Source: an uncultured Sphingomonadaceae bacterium (GTDB lineage: Bacteria; Pseudomonadota; Alphaproteobacteria; Sphingomonadales; Sphingomonadaceae). Taken from it: DNA of 64,000 bases. This document shows positions 41,053 to 50,138 of this stretch, one piece after another (positions within the stretch are counted from its first letter, which is position 1; each line of letters opens with the position of its first letter). The position numbers and the translations under genes are program-made. The stretch is from contig CANNFX010000001.1 of the NCBI GenBank assembly GCA_947504025.1, positions 1,329,302 through 1,393,301 of the forward strand. Direction: 5' to 3'. Below the pieces are notes generated by a model. It saw only the letters and a list, made by a program, of their open reading frames with translations. It did not search any database and had not been told where the DNA came from.

Positions 41053-41583
41053 TCAGATGCCGGGTTCGACCGGGTTCGAAATGAAGCCAACTGTCGGATA
41101 ACCGGCAGCTTGCACATTGTAGATCGCACCAGCAACACAAGACCACGGAGCGTTCACGTCACCGCGAATATGTACTTCGGGGATCAGTTCTGGGTTTTCC
41201 ATGATCACATCGACGCCGCCTGCACGCGTCACGATATCGTCGAGGCGTTTGAACGCATCTTCGCGCAGAGTGGTTGAATCGACCATTGTGGTGTTGTTGT
41301 AATAGACCAGACATTGGCCCTGACGCGACGAACCGGTGTAATCGGGATTGCTCGGAATTCGGCCCGCCTCATCAGCGGAAGCGACCGTTAGGAGAAGGTT
41401 TTCGACCTTATCCTTCGACTCGATCGTTTCAATAATCGGTATCTTCAACTTGTTGATTTGCTGAATTGCAACCGGAACGGCGATGAGGAAGATGATCAGG
41501 AGCACCAGCATGACGTCCACGAGGGGCGTCGTGTTGATGGACGACATCGGTGTGTCGGTATCATCTGCGACTGCTGCAGCCAT
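41053..41583 (-). CDS. exbD: ExbD-family protein, long form (first copy after exbB)
   Basis: 176 aa. INTTPLVDVMLVLLIIFLIA gives the ExbD TM region. The periplasmic domain is longer and divergent, with two Cys. Confidence 0.8.
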   Translation of the reverse strand: MAAAVADDTDTPMSSINTTPLVDVMLVLLIIFLIAVPVAIQQINKLKIPIIETIESKDKVENLLLTVASADEAGRIPSNPDYTGSSRQGQCLVYYNNTTMVDSTTLREDAFKRLDDIVTRAGGVDVIMENPELIPEVHIRGDVNAPWSCVAGAIYNVQAAGYPTVGFISNPVEPGI

Positions 41584-41665
41584 TTTACTACCTTACTTGT
41601 TTGCTTCGATGTTGTCCGGCGGGAGCGCTAGGCTTAACCCGCCGGACTGCGATGCGTCTTCGCTA

Positions 41666-42445
41666 TTAAGCCTTTTTGGCTGGTGCGGCTGTAGCTGCTG
41701 CCGGACGTGCTGCCGGCTTGGCTGCTGCCTTGGTTGCCACCACTGGACGAACAGCGCCCTTGGAAGTGATGTTCGCCAGAACGTCTGTCGAGAAGCCGGT
41801 CAGTTCACCAGCGATCTTCTTGTTGCGGACCTGCAGCCAGTTATAGGCAAGCACAGCAGGAACGGCGACGAGCAGGCCAAGTGCGGTCATGATCAGCGCT
41901 TCACCAACCGGGCCAGCGACCTTATCGATCGATGCCGAACCTTCGAGGCCGATGTTGATCAGGGCGCGGTAGATACCGACAACCGTACCGAACAGGCCGA
42001 CGAATGGCGCAGTAGCACCAACCGATGCGAGGAACGGAAGGCCGCCAGCAAGCTTGGCATTGATGCCAGCTTCCGAACGAGCCAGCGAACCGTGTAGCCA
42101 ATCGTGGGCTTCAAGATCATCGTCCATCTTGCCGTATTGCGTTTCCGCAGCCAGGCCATCGTCAACAATCTGGCGCCATGCGCTGTTCTTGTCGAGCTTG
42201 CCCGCACCTTCCTTCAGGCTGTTTGCACGCCAGAAGTTGTTGCGGATGTCACGGCCCTGTTTGATAACTTTCTGCTGCTCGAAATACTTCGTGAACAGAA
42301 TGTAGAACGAACCGATCGACATGATGACGAGAACGCCAAAGGTCGACCAGGCGATAACGCCGCCTTGTTCCATGGCTTCGAAAAAGCCGAACTGGTTCTT
42401 CGGGGCAGCATCGCCGGCTGCTGCGGCAAGGATATTGATAAGCAT
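41666..42445 (-). CDS. exbB: MotA/TolQ/ExbB proton-channel protein
   Basis: 259 aa with three TM segments and the conserved SVGATAPFVGLFGTVVGI and ALIMTALGLLVAVPAV regions. Ala/Lys/Pro-rich tail. Confidence 0.9.
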   Translation of the reverse strand: MLINILAAAAGDAAPKNQFGFFEAMEQGGVIAWSTFGVLVIMSIGSFYILFTKYFEQQKVIKQGRDIRNNFWRANSLKEGAGKLDKNSAWRQIVDDGLAAETQYGKMDDDLEAHDWLHGSLARSEAGINAKLAGGLPFLASVGATAPFVGLFGTVVGIYRALINIGLEGSASIDKVAGPVGEALIMTALGLLVAVPAVLAYNWLQVRNKKIAGELTGFSTDVLANITSKGAVRPVVATKAAAKPAARPAAATAAPAKKA

Positions 42446-42525
42446 GTAAGTGGTCCTCTCAGAAAGAAGGAAAATAAGAATGTGAGTTCGGCCCCGCCCA
42501 ACCGCGGGCGAGGCCGAAATTCGTA

Positions 42526-43209
42526 TTAGTCAGGCATCTGCCAGCGAATTGATGTGGAGTAGCTACCTGTAGTTTCGTTGCCGTCGCCATCCGTTGCGGG
42601 ACGGAAACGGGCGCGTCTCTTGACGTTCTTGCAGGCGGCCGCATCCAGTTCGGAGTTCCCGCTAGATCCAGAAACCCTGCAATCCGAAACCCTGCCGTTC
42701 GTACCAATGGAAAGGGATACCCGGGTCACGCCTTCCGCGCCTTCACGCAGAGCGCGGCGAGGATAGTCGTTAGTGGTAACCCAAGATCCAGCATTGTTCC
42801 GCGGTGTTGCACCCTTCGGTTCAAAGCGCGGAGGAGGCGGTGCCGGCGGAGGTGCCGGAGGCGCTGGTGGTGCAGGTGGCGGGATTATGCGCGCAGGCGG
42901 TGCCGGCGGCGGAATCGTGGTCTGCGTTTGAATTGGTGGCGGCGTCGTCGATACATTGATCGGCGGTGGCGGCGCTACCGGAGGTGGCGGAGCAGTTTCC
43001 GGCACCTCTTCGGGTGGCGGGGGCTCTTCTTCCTCTGGTACCTCTTCAGGTTCTTCCACATCCACTGTGGTAACACGTTCGACAGCCTTCTTAACCGCTG
43101 AGTAAGCGAGGCCGCTGACGAGCGCGTAGCCAAGTGCAAGATGGATCAGAACCACGATGACAATCGCTACGATGCGATTACCGCTCATCTCCTGGTCGGT
43201 GTAAGCCAT
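42526..43209 (-). CDS. tonB: energy transducer TonB
   Basis: 227 aa with an N-terminal TM anchor, a long Pro-rich spacer (EEPPPPEE...PPPAPPAPPAPPPAPPPP) and a C-terminal TonB domain (YPRRALREGAEGVT...V). Confidence 0.88.
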   Translation of the reverse strand: MAYTDQEMSGNRIVAIVIVVLIHLALGYALVSGLAYSAVKKAVERVTTVDVEEPEEVPEEEEPPPPEEVPETAPPPPVAPPPPINVSTTPPPIQTQTTIPPPAPPARIIPPPAPPAPPAPPPAPPPPRFEPKGATPRNNAGSWVTTNDYPRRALREGAEGVTRVSLSIGTNGRVSDCRVSGSSGNSELDAAACKNVKRRARFRPATDGDGNETTGSYSTSIRWQMPD

Positions 43210-43537
43210 TCAGTCCCATCTCTCCATGTCTGCCCGGATATTCCGGGCTAATGACGAATTCGGCAGGCATTTGCCAACCGAACAAGCAATCCCATGATTT
43301 CCCTTACCGGACGCTTCGTCAACCGTCGGGGCAAAAAACCCTGCGGATCAAAGTAGACCCGGCACGGGCCGCTTGAGGATAGACATTTTATCCTGTCCCC
43401 AAACTCTCAAGAGCATTAGCGTTGAAGCCAACATGGCGCAAACGCTTTTCAGGTTAACGCTCAATTCAGTCCTGATGTTGCCCAAATGAACACGAACAGA
43501 CGACAGTTCCAAATATTATTGCTTTCAACCAATCAGG

Positions 43538-44398
43538 ATGCTCAAAATGCGACGTCAGCTCCGTCTCAAAATTGCCACTATTTCAGCAGCGGTCATGCTT
43601 ACAGGTTCAGGAAGTTTTAGCCTTTCTGCTCAGGAGTTTAACTCGACCCCTTCGGCAATCACCTATGCCGACCTGGCAGACCTTGCAGACCCAGCTGAAA
43701 TGGTGGTCCGCGCGAGGATAAAAAAACAGGCAGAAGTAGAGCCTGAAAGAGCGCCCGGACTGCAAGCTGGCTGGGCCCGACTTTATATAGAAGCCGAGAC
43801 GTTAGGGCTTATCAGCGGCTCCTCATCGCTTGGCGAATCGCTGCGTTATCTCGTCGATGTGCCGCGCGATTCGAAGGGGCGGGCACCCAAATTGAAGAAG
43901 CGTGAAGTGATTCTTTTTGCCCGGCCGGTGCCTGGAAATGCCAATCAGCTACGCTTAGTCGCCCCCGATGCTCAGTTGATGTGGAGCGAGCAATTGGAGG
44001 CCCGGCTGCGGCCGATTCTCACTGGAATGCTTGGCCCCGATTCGCGCCCGGCGATCACGGGCATTCGCGATGCCCTGTCGATTCGCGGCAATCTTGCAGG
44101 CGAATCGGAAACTCAGATTTTCCTTTCCACTGAAAATGATGGCCCCGTTTCGGTTTCGGTTATCCGCCGCCCAGGTATGGTGCCGCGGTGGGGTGTCTCT
44201 TGGTCGGAGATCGTCGACCAGGCAGCCCGGCCTCCGCAGCGCGCGACATTGGAATGGTACCGGCTTGCTTGCTTCCTGCCAGCCAGATTGCCCGGAAGTG
44301 TAAACCTCGCCCGTGACAGCGGTTCGCGCGCGCAAGCGGTAGCGGACTATGATTTCGTAGTGAGCCAACTTGGCAGTTGCACCCGGACACGCAGCTAG
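43538..44398 (+). CDS. hypothetical exported protein
   Basis: 286 aa with a signal-like N-terminus (ATISAAVMLTGSGSFSLSAQE). I recognise no family. Alternative ATG at 43547. Confidence 0.6.
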   Translation: MLKMRRQLRLKIATISAAVMLTGSGSFSLSAQEFNSTPSAITYADLADLADPAEMVVRARIKKQAEVEPERAPGLQAGWARLYIEAETLGLISGSSSLGESLRYLVDVPRDSKGRAPKLKKREVILFARPVPGNANQLRLVAPDAQLMWSEQLEARLRPILTGMLGPDSRPAITGIRDALSIRGNLAGESETQIFLSTENDGPVSVSVIRRPGMVPRWGVSWSEIVDQAARPPQRATLEWYRLACFLPARLPGSVNLARDSGSRAQAVADYDFVVSQLGSCTRTRS

Positions 44399-44481
44399 GA
44401 TCGCGTACGGCAAATCTGGCCTAGCAGGCCGGCAAGACAAACTGGTTCCCATCCGTACCGCCAGCGCGCTAGGGCGCTGGC

Positions 44482-44901
44482 ATGGCCCACACTTTCTCTC
44501 ACCGTTTCCGCGTTCGCTATGCCGAGGTCGATCCTCAGGCCGTTGTCTTCAATTCGCGCTATCTTGAATATGCCGATCTGATTGTGACTGAGTTTTGGCG
44601 CGAGATTGGTCTGCATTTCGCGGGTGAGAATGCGCTTGAGTTTCATATTGCCAAGTCGGTTGTGAACTATCGCAAGCCTTTTGTACTCGACGATATGATC
44701 GAGGGGCGGGCCCATGTCTCGCACATCGGGAACAGCAGTATGGTTACGCAGATCGCGCTTCACGGTGTGGGTGATGCGGAAGAAGATGGCCCGCGCGCCG
44801 AGATCGAGCTGGTGCAGGTTCATGTCGAACTGCCATCGGGTGCAGCAACGCGCATTCCCGATTCGGTTCGCGTGAAGTTTGGATATGAGGATTCGAAATA
44901 A
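44482..44901 (+). CDS. acyl-CoA thioesterase (hotdog fold, YbgC/4HBT-like)
   Basis: 139 aa. FRVRYAEVDPQAVVFNSRYLEY is the typical 4HBT-family N-terminus with the catalytic Asp. Confidence 0.8.
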   Translation: MAHTFSHRFRVRYAEVDPQAVVFNSRYLEYADLIVTEFWREIGLHFAGENALEFHIAKSVVNYRKPFVLDDMIEGRAHVSHIGNSSMVTQIALHGVGDAEEDGPRAEIELVQVHVELPSGAATRIPDSVRVKFGYEDSK

Positions 44902-46211
44902 TGGCTGATGCTTTGCGGATCGGACTCGCCGGACTGGGCACCGTCGGGGCAGGCGTTGTCCGCCTGTTGAACGCCAACCATGCGCTAATTGCTGCGCGGG
45001 CTGGTCGCCCTATTGAAATTACTGCAGTCAGCGCCCGCAACCGATCGAAGGATCGCGGCGTCGATTTGTCCGCCTATGCCTGGGAAGATGACATGGCTGT
45101 GCTTGCGGCACGTGATGATGTCGACGTGGTGGTGGAACTTGTCGGTGGCGCGGATGGCCCAGCATTAGCGCTGGCAAAGGGTGCAATTGGTGGTGGCAAG
45201 GGCTTTGTCACGGCCAATAAGGCGATGATCGCACATCACGGGCTCGCACTCGCCGAAGCAGCGGAAGCCAAAGAGCTAGCACTTAAATTTGAAGCTGCAG
45301 TGGCTGGCGGGATTCCTGTGGTGAAGGGCTTGCGCGAAGGCGCGGCAGCTAATGCTATCGAGCGGATTTATGGCATTCTCAACGGGACTTGCAATTACAT
45401 CCTCTCGACCATGGAAAAGACAGGGGCGAACTTTGCTGATGTTTTGGCAGAAGCGCAGGCGGCTGGTTATGCGGAAGCTGATCCGACCTTCGACATTGAA
45501 GGTGTGGACGCTGCGCATAAGCTGTCGATTCTTGCGGCCATCGCATTCGGGTCAAAGGTAGATTTCGATCACGTCGATACAGGCGGAATTTCGCGGATTC
45601 GCGCTGCTGATATCGCTCAGGCCGATGCGCTGGGCTTTGTCATACGCTTGCTGGGCATGGCTGATAGCGAGCTGCAGGAAGATGGCAGCCGCCGCCTGTT
45701 CCAGCGTGTGAAGCCTTATCTGGTGCCCAAGAATCATCCGCTTGCCCATGTTGATGGGCCGACAAATGCGGTGGTGGCTGAAGGCAATTTCTCGGGCCGG
45801 CTGTTGTTCCAGGGCGCCGGTGCAGGAGATGGCCCTACAGCAAGCGCAGTCGTAGCCGATCTGATCGATATTGCCCGGGGCGAAGCAGGCCCCGCCTTTT
45901 CAGTACCGGTGGCCGATCTTGTCCAAATGACGCCGGTTGATCCCGGCGACCGTCTGAACCGTGCTTATCTGCGCTTCACCGTGACAGACCGCCCTGGCGT
46001 ACTTGCAGAAATTACCGCTGCTATGCGTGACGCGGGCGTTTCGATCGAAAGCCTTATTCAACAAGGGCAGCAGGCAGATGGTGGTGAAACGCTTGTCGCT
46101 ATGGTGACGCATGAGGGGCGTGAGGCCTGCGCCGACGAAGCGCTGCGCTTACTCGCCGATTCGCCCAGCCTGACTAATGCGCCATTCGTTATGCGTATTC
46201 TATCTGACTAA
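44901..46211 (+). CDS. hom: homoserine dehydrogenase
   Basis: 436 aa. It has a GLAGLGTVG Rossmann N-terminus, a catalytic domain (ILNGTCNYILS...EADPTFDIEG.DAAHK) and a C-terminal ACT domain. Confidence 0.92.
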   Translation: MADALRIGLAGLGTVGAGVVRLLNANHALIAARAGRPIEITAVSARNRSKDRGVDLSAYAWEDDMAVLAARDDVDVVVELVGGADGPALALAKGAIGGGKGFVTANKAMIAHHGLALAEAAEAKELALKFEAAVAGGIPVVKGLREGAAANAIERIYGILNGTCNYILSTMEKTGANFADVLAEAQAAGYAEADPTFDIEGVDAAHKLSILAAIAFGSKVDFDHVDTGGISRIRAADIAQADALGFVIRLLGMADSELQEDGSRRLFQRVKPYLVPKNHPLAHVDGPTNAVVAEGNFSGRLLFQGAGAGDGPTASAVVADLIDIARGEAGPAFSVPVADLVQMTPVDPGDRLNRAYLRFTVTDRPGVLAEITAAMRDAGVSIESLIQQGQQADGGETLVAMVTHEGREACADEALRLLADSPSLTNAPFVMRILSD

Positions 46212-46214
46212 AGT

Positions 46215-46673
46215 TCAGTCGACTCGAATTTCACCTTTTGACAATCGGTCTGCGTCGGACCCTTCGGGCGGCTCAGGCAATGCGTCAAAATCCACAATAT
46301 AGGCTGGCGGCGGCGGACAGGGCGGTAGGAAACAACCGGTAATCGTCACTCCGCCAATGTCAGGAATACCGTGGACGTCGGGTGCGCGCGGAACGCCATC
46401 ATCAGATCCCAAACCATCGGGATCAAGATCGCCTGAAGATTCTACACGAAATTCGGAATCATCTTGGACTGGGGCGCAAACAACGATTTCTTGGCCAGTC
46501 GATTCGGGACACTGGGCGCGTGTATCAACCGGGCCATAGGATGCTCTGGCGCTTTCAAGCACCTCTTCGGCAGTGACTTCCTGAGGCGCTTCTTGTGCTC
46601 GCAACGCAGGCGTCTGCAGCAACGCGGCACTGCTTATCACGAAACTCGCCCACCTTGCTGCCGCCAAATGCAC
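46215..46673 (-). CDS. hypothetical exported Cys/Pro/Asp-rich protein
   Basis: 152 aa with a signal-like N-terminus (ISSAALLQTPALRAQE), four Cys including CFLPPCPPPP, and acidic composition. No family recognised. Confidence 0.55.
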   Translation of the reverse strand: MHLAAARWASFVISSAALLQTPALRAQEAPQEVTAEEVLESARASYGPVDTRAQCPESTGQEIVVCAPVQDDSEFRVESSGDLDPDGLGSDDGVPRAPDVHGIPDIGGVTITGCFLPPCPPPPAYIVDFDALPEPPEGSDADRLSKGEIRVD

Positions 46674-46775
46674 CTCCTGCTGTTTCGTTACGCTAGGGCA
46701 ACCAAAGCTTCCATTGCTCTAGTCGCGAACACATCCTAAGCGGCTGCTAATCACGATTTGAGGGCTGAATTGGTT

Positions 46776-47795
46776 ATGAATGACTCCGTAAAAAACTCCG
46801 AAAAGACTTCTGCTGACAACGCCCTCGATCGCGTTTTGGTAATGGAAATGGTCCGCGTGACTGAAGCTGCGGCAATTGCAGCGTCCTACCTTATCGGGCG
46901 CGGTGACGAAAAGGCTGCAGATGCCGCCGCCGTAGAAGCGATGCGGACGGCGTTTGACGAACTTTATATGGATGGCACTGTCGTGATCGGCGAAGGCGAA
47001 CGCGACGAAGCGCCAATGCTCTATATTGGTGAAAAGGTGGGCGGCGCGCCGGGCAGAGGCCCGAAGATCGATATCGCGCTCGATCCGCTTGAAGGCACCA
47101 CGATCACTGCCAAGGCCGGACCCAACTCGCTCGCCGTTCTGGCTGCAGCGGAAGAAGGCTGCCTGCTCAACGCGCCTGACGTTTATATGGAGAAACTGGC
47201 CGTCGGCCCAGGTTATCCAGATGATGTTATCAGCCTTGAAAAAACCCCGACGCAGAACGTCGAAGCGGTGGCTGCGGCCAAGGGCGTGAAGCCAGCCGAA
47301 ATTATCGTCTGTGTCCTCGACCGCCCGCGCCATGCCGACATTATAGCCGAACTGCGCGGTATTGGCTGCGGCGTCTATCTGATCCCCGATGGTGATGTTG
47401 CAGGCGTGATCGCGGTGACTGACGAAGACACCACGATCGACATGTATATCGGCACTGGCGGCGCACCCGAGGGCGTGTTGGCAGCAGCGGCTCTGCGCTG
47501 TGTTGGCGGCCAGTTCAACGGACGCCTGATATTCCGCAATGATGACGAACGCGGCCGCGCGCGCAAATGGGGTATCGAAGACCTCGACCGCATTTACAAG
47601 CTGGAAGACCTCGCCAGCGGCGACTGCATTTTCGCAGCAACCGGCGTGACCGACGGCTCATTGCTTGAGGGCGTAAAACACCGCCGTGGCGGCCTGATGA
47701 CGACTGAAAGCGTCGTTATGCGTGCCAGCAGCGGTACAGTGCGCTGGGTGAAGGGCGAACACCGCCCCGCTTCTTGCGCCCGCCCTAACGATTGA
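46776..47795 (+). CDS. glpX: class II fructose-1,6-bisphosphatase
   Basis: VTEAAAIAA...GRGDEKAADAAAVEAMR, IGEGERDEAPML and DPLEGT are GlpX signatures. Start at ATG 46776 (MNDSVKN). Confidence 0.9.
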   Translation: MNDSVKNSEKTSADNALDRVLVMEMVRVTEAAAIAASYLIGRGDEKAADAAAVEAMRTAFDELYMDGTVVIGEGERDEAPMLYIGEKVGGAPGRGPKIDIALDPLEGTTITAKAGPNSLAVLAAAEEGCLLNAPDVYMEKLAVGPGYPDDVISLEKTPTQNVEAVAAAKGVKPAEIIVCVLDRPRHADIIAELRGIGCGVYLIPDGDVAGVIAVTDEDTTIDMYIGTGGAPEGVLAAAALRCVGGQFNGRLIFRNDDERGRARKWGIEDLDRIYKLEDLASGDCIFAATGVTDGSLLEGVKHRRGGLMTTESVVMRASSGTVRWVKGEHRPASCARPND

Positions 47796-47915
47796 GCACC
47801 AGTGCTTCGGGTAACGGAGACCCACGCTTCGGAAGCTATGCGATGGCGCAGCTATCGAATCCTTGCTTTATGCGCCTGAATTGTTGAAGGCCGCGGTCGC
47901 CCATCGGCGTGGGGC

Positions 47916-49007
47916 ATGAAGCTAAGAGGGAAGTTTCAAGGTGGTGGAAATTTGATTCGCGTCGGTGCCTTAGTTCCTATGACGAGCCCCGGCTGGGTGG
48001 AGGCTGGCGAACACTTGTTGGCTGGTCTGGAACTTGGGGTGCGCTGGATTAACGACCGGCGTGGTCCTCATGACGCCCCTGTAGAGCTCGTGGTACGCGA
48101 CACCGCTGGTGATCCCGTACGCGCTGTGAAGATTGTCAATGAATTGGCTGCGGCCGGCGTAACCGCGCTAGCCGGTGAATATCACAGTGTTGTTGCAAGC
48201 GCTGTGGCTGAAAGGGCGGCGAAACTGACACTGCCATTTCTTTGCTCGTCGGCCGTACTCGATAATCTCACTGAAATGCCGACCAGTACCGTGGCGCGGA
48301 TAGCTCCTGCACAATCGCGAAGTTGGCGCGTCTATGCCGATTATCTCCTACAGGCCGGACATCGCAGAATAGCGGTCGCCCGGCAGCCTAGTATTTATTG
48401 GGAAGCTGGCACAGAGATTTTGAGAACGCATCTGGCCTTACATGGAGCCGAACTGGTGCTGGTTGACCTTAGTTCGCTGTCACTCGACGGATTGTGCAAG
48501 TCACTGATTGCGGATGGAGCCACGGCGCTACTCATCCTCGCTGGCTACCCCGAGCCTGCCGTCTCCATTGTCAAGGCGGTGCGACATTGTTCCGAGCTTG
48601 AAGATCTTCGTATCGGCGCTCCCGCGGGACAGCCGGAATTTGCGGAATGGAAAGCACTGCTGGGACAAGACGGAATGGAAATACCATTTCTGAGCTATCT
48701 CCCATCGAAGCTATCCCCCTTGGGGCAGGAGGTAGGCGATGCATTGCGCGCTCAACTTGGGTGTCCGCCATCATTTGTTGCGTTTGAGGGCTTCGATACG
48801 ATGCTCGCCCTGATTAGTGCCTTGCAGCGGAGAGAGGCCCACGACCCTGAACTATGGGCGGACGTCGATATTGAAGGAACGCGCGGGAAGATCACATTCA
48901 CCAAGGTCCCAGGCACATCCGTCTGGCAATGGGCATGGCCACCCATAGCGGTAGCTGAGCGCACCCGTAACAAAGACGGTAAGCATCAGGTTCTATTGAG
49001 CACGTAA
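47916..49007 (+). CDS. type-1 periplasmic-binding-protein fold protein (Leu/Ile/Val-binding/AmiC-like), no signal peptide
   Basis: 363 aa. IRVGALVPMTSPG...GLELGVRWINDRRG...VELVVRDTAGDP...AV..V.ELAAAGVTALAGEYHS matches the LivK/AmiC-type N-lobe pattern. The N-terminus (MKLRGKFQGGGN) is not a signal peptide. No ABC permease or ATPase lies nearby. Confidence 0.7.
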   Translation: MKLRGKFQGGGNLIRVGALVPMTSPGWVEAGEHLLAGLELGVRWINDRRGPHDAPVELVVRDTAGDPVRAVKIVNELAAAGVTALAGEYHSVVASAVAERAAKLTLPFLCSSAVLDNLTEMPTSTVARIAPAQSRSWRVYADYLLQAGHRRIAVARQPSIYWEAGTEILRTHLALHGAELVLVDLSSLSLDGLCKSLIADGATALLILAGYPEPAVSIVKAVRHCSELEDLRIGAPAGQPEFAEWKALLGQDGMEIPFLSYLPSKLSPLGQEVGDALRAQLGCPPSFVAFEGFDTMLALISALQRREAHDPELWADVDIEGTRGKITFTKVPGTSVWQWAWPPIAVAERTRNKDGKHQVLLST

Positions 49008-49200
49008 ATTTTTGGGTCGTTAGCGGTCATTCGCGAACTTTGCCGCCGGCCTTATCCATGGGCCCCGCTAACAATCCCATTACACCTAATCCACGACCTT
49101 CGCAGGCCGCGATGTTGCGGGTGTGATGACGCTCGCTTAGAGCCTGTGCGTACATATTCAGCGACCAAATACGGGGATTCGTACCCCAGGAGCCCACCTA

Positions 49201-50136
49201 ATGAAGATAATGGCTGCCAATTCGAACCTGCCACTCGCCCGTGCGATTGCGGCATATCTCGAAATGCCATTATGCGATGCGAGTGTCCGCCGCTTTGCCG
49301 ATGAAGAAATCTTCGTCGAAATCCATGAGAATGTTCGCGGCGAAGATGTGTTTGTCGTCCAGTCGACCAGCTATCCGGCGAATGACAATCTTATGGAGTT
49401 GCTGATCTGCATCGATGCGCTGCGCCGCGCTTCGGCCCGCCGGATTACCGCCGTTGTTCCCTATTTCGGTTATGCCCGTCAGGACCGGAAGCCCGGCCCG
49501 CGCACGCCGATCTCTGCGAAGCTGGTTGCGAACCTTATAACTGAGGCAGGTGCTGACCGCGTGCTTTCGGTCGATCTGCATGCTGGCCAAATTCAGGGCT
49601 TCTTCGATATCCCGACTGACAACCTTTATGCCGCGCCGGTCATGGCTGCGGACATTCAGGCGCGTTACGGTGATCAGGATCTGATGGTTGTTTCGCCGGA
49701 TGTCGGCGGCGTTGTCCGTGCCCGTGCATTGGCCAAACGCCTTGATAATGCACCACTGGCAATCGTCGATAAACGCCGTGATCGCCCCGGTGAATCCGAA
49801 GTCATGAACATTATTGGCGATGTAAAGGGACGCCATTGCATTCTGATCGATGATATTGTCGATTCGGGCGGAACGCTTTGCAATGCAGCGCAGGCTTTGC
49901 TCGATTCCGGTGCCAGCAGTGTTGCGGCCTATATCACCCACGGTGTGCTTTCGGGCGGCGCGGTTGCCCGGGTGAACGATTCCGCGCTGAAGGAACTGGT
50001 GATCTGCGACACGATCCTGCCAACCGACGCCGCACAGGAATCGGACAGTATCCGTATCCTGCCCGTTGCTCCGCTGGTGGGCGAAGCCGTGCGCCGGATC
50101 GCTGATGAAAGCTCCGTCAGCTCACTGTTCGACTAA
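49201..50136 (+). CDS. prs: ribose-phosphate pyrophosphokinase
   Basis: 311 aa with [20 protein letters not shown] and the PRPP loop [13 protein letters not shown]. Confidence 0.95.
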   Translation: MKIMAANSNLPLARAIAAYLEMPLCDASVRRFADEEIFVEIHENVRGEDVFVVQSTSYPANDNLMELLICIDALRRASARRITAVVPYFGYARQDRKPGPRTPISAKLVANLITEAGADRVLSVDLHAGQIQGFFDIPTDNLYAAPVMAADIQARYGDQDLMVVSPDVGGVVRARALAKRLDNAPLAIVDKRRDRPGESEVMNIIGDVKGRHCILIDDIVDSGGTLCNAAQALLDSGASSVAAYITHGVLSGGAVARVNDSALKELVICDTILPTDAAQESDSIRILPVAPLVGEAVRRIADESSVSSLFD

Positions 50137-50138
50137 GC

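Noticed and set aside
42835-42907. Direct repeat AGGCGGTGCCGGCGG (two copies) inside tonB
   Set aside because: It is simply the coding sequence of the repetitive PPAPPPP proline-rich spacer of TonB, not an independent repeat element.
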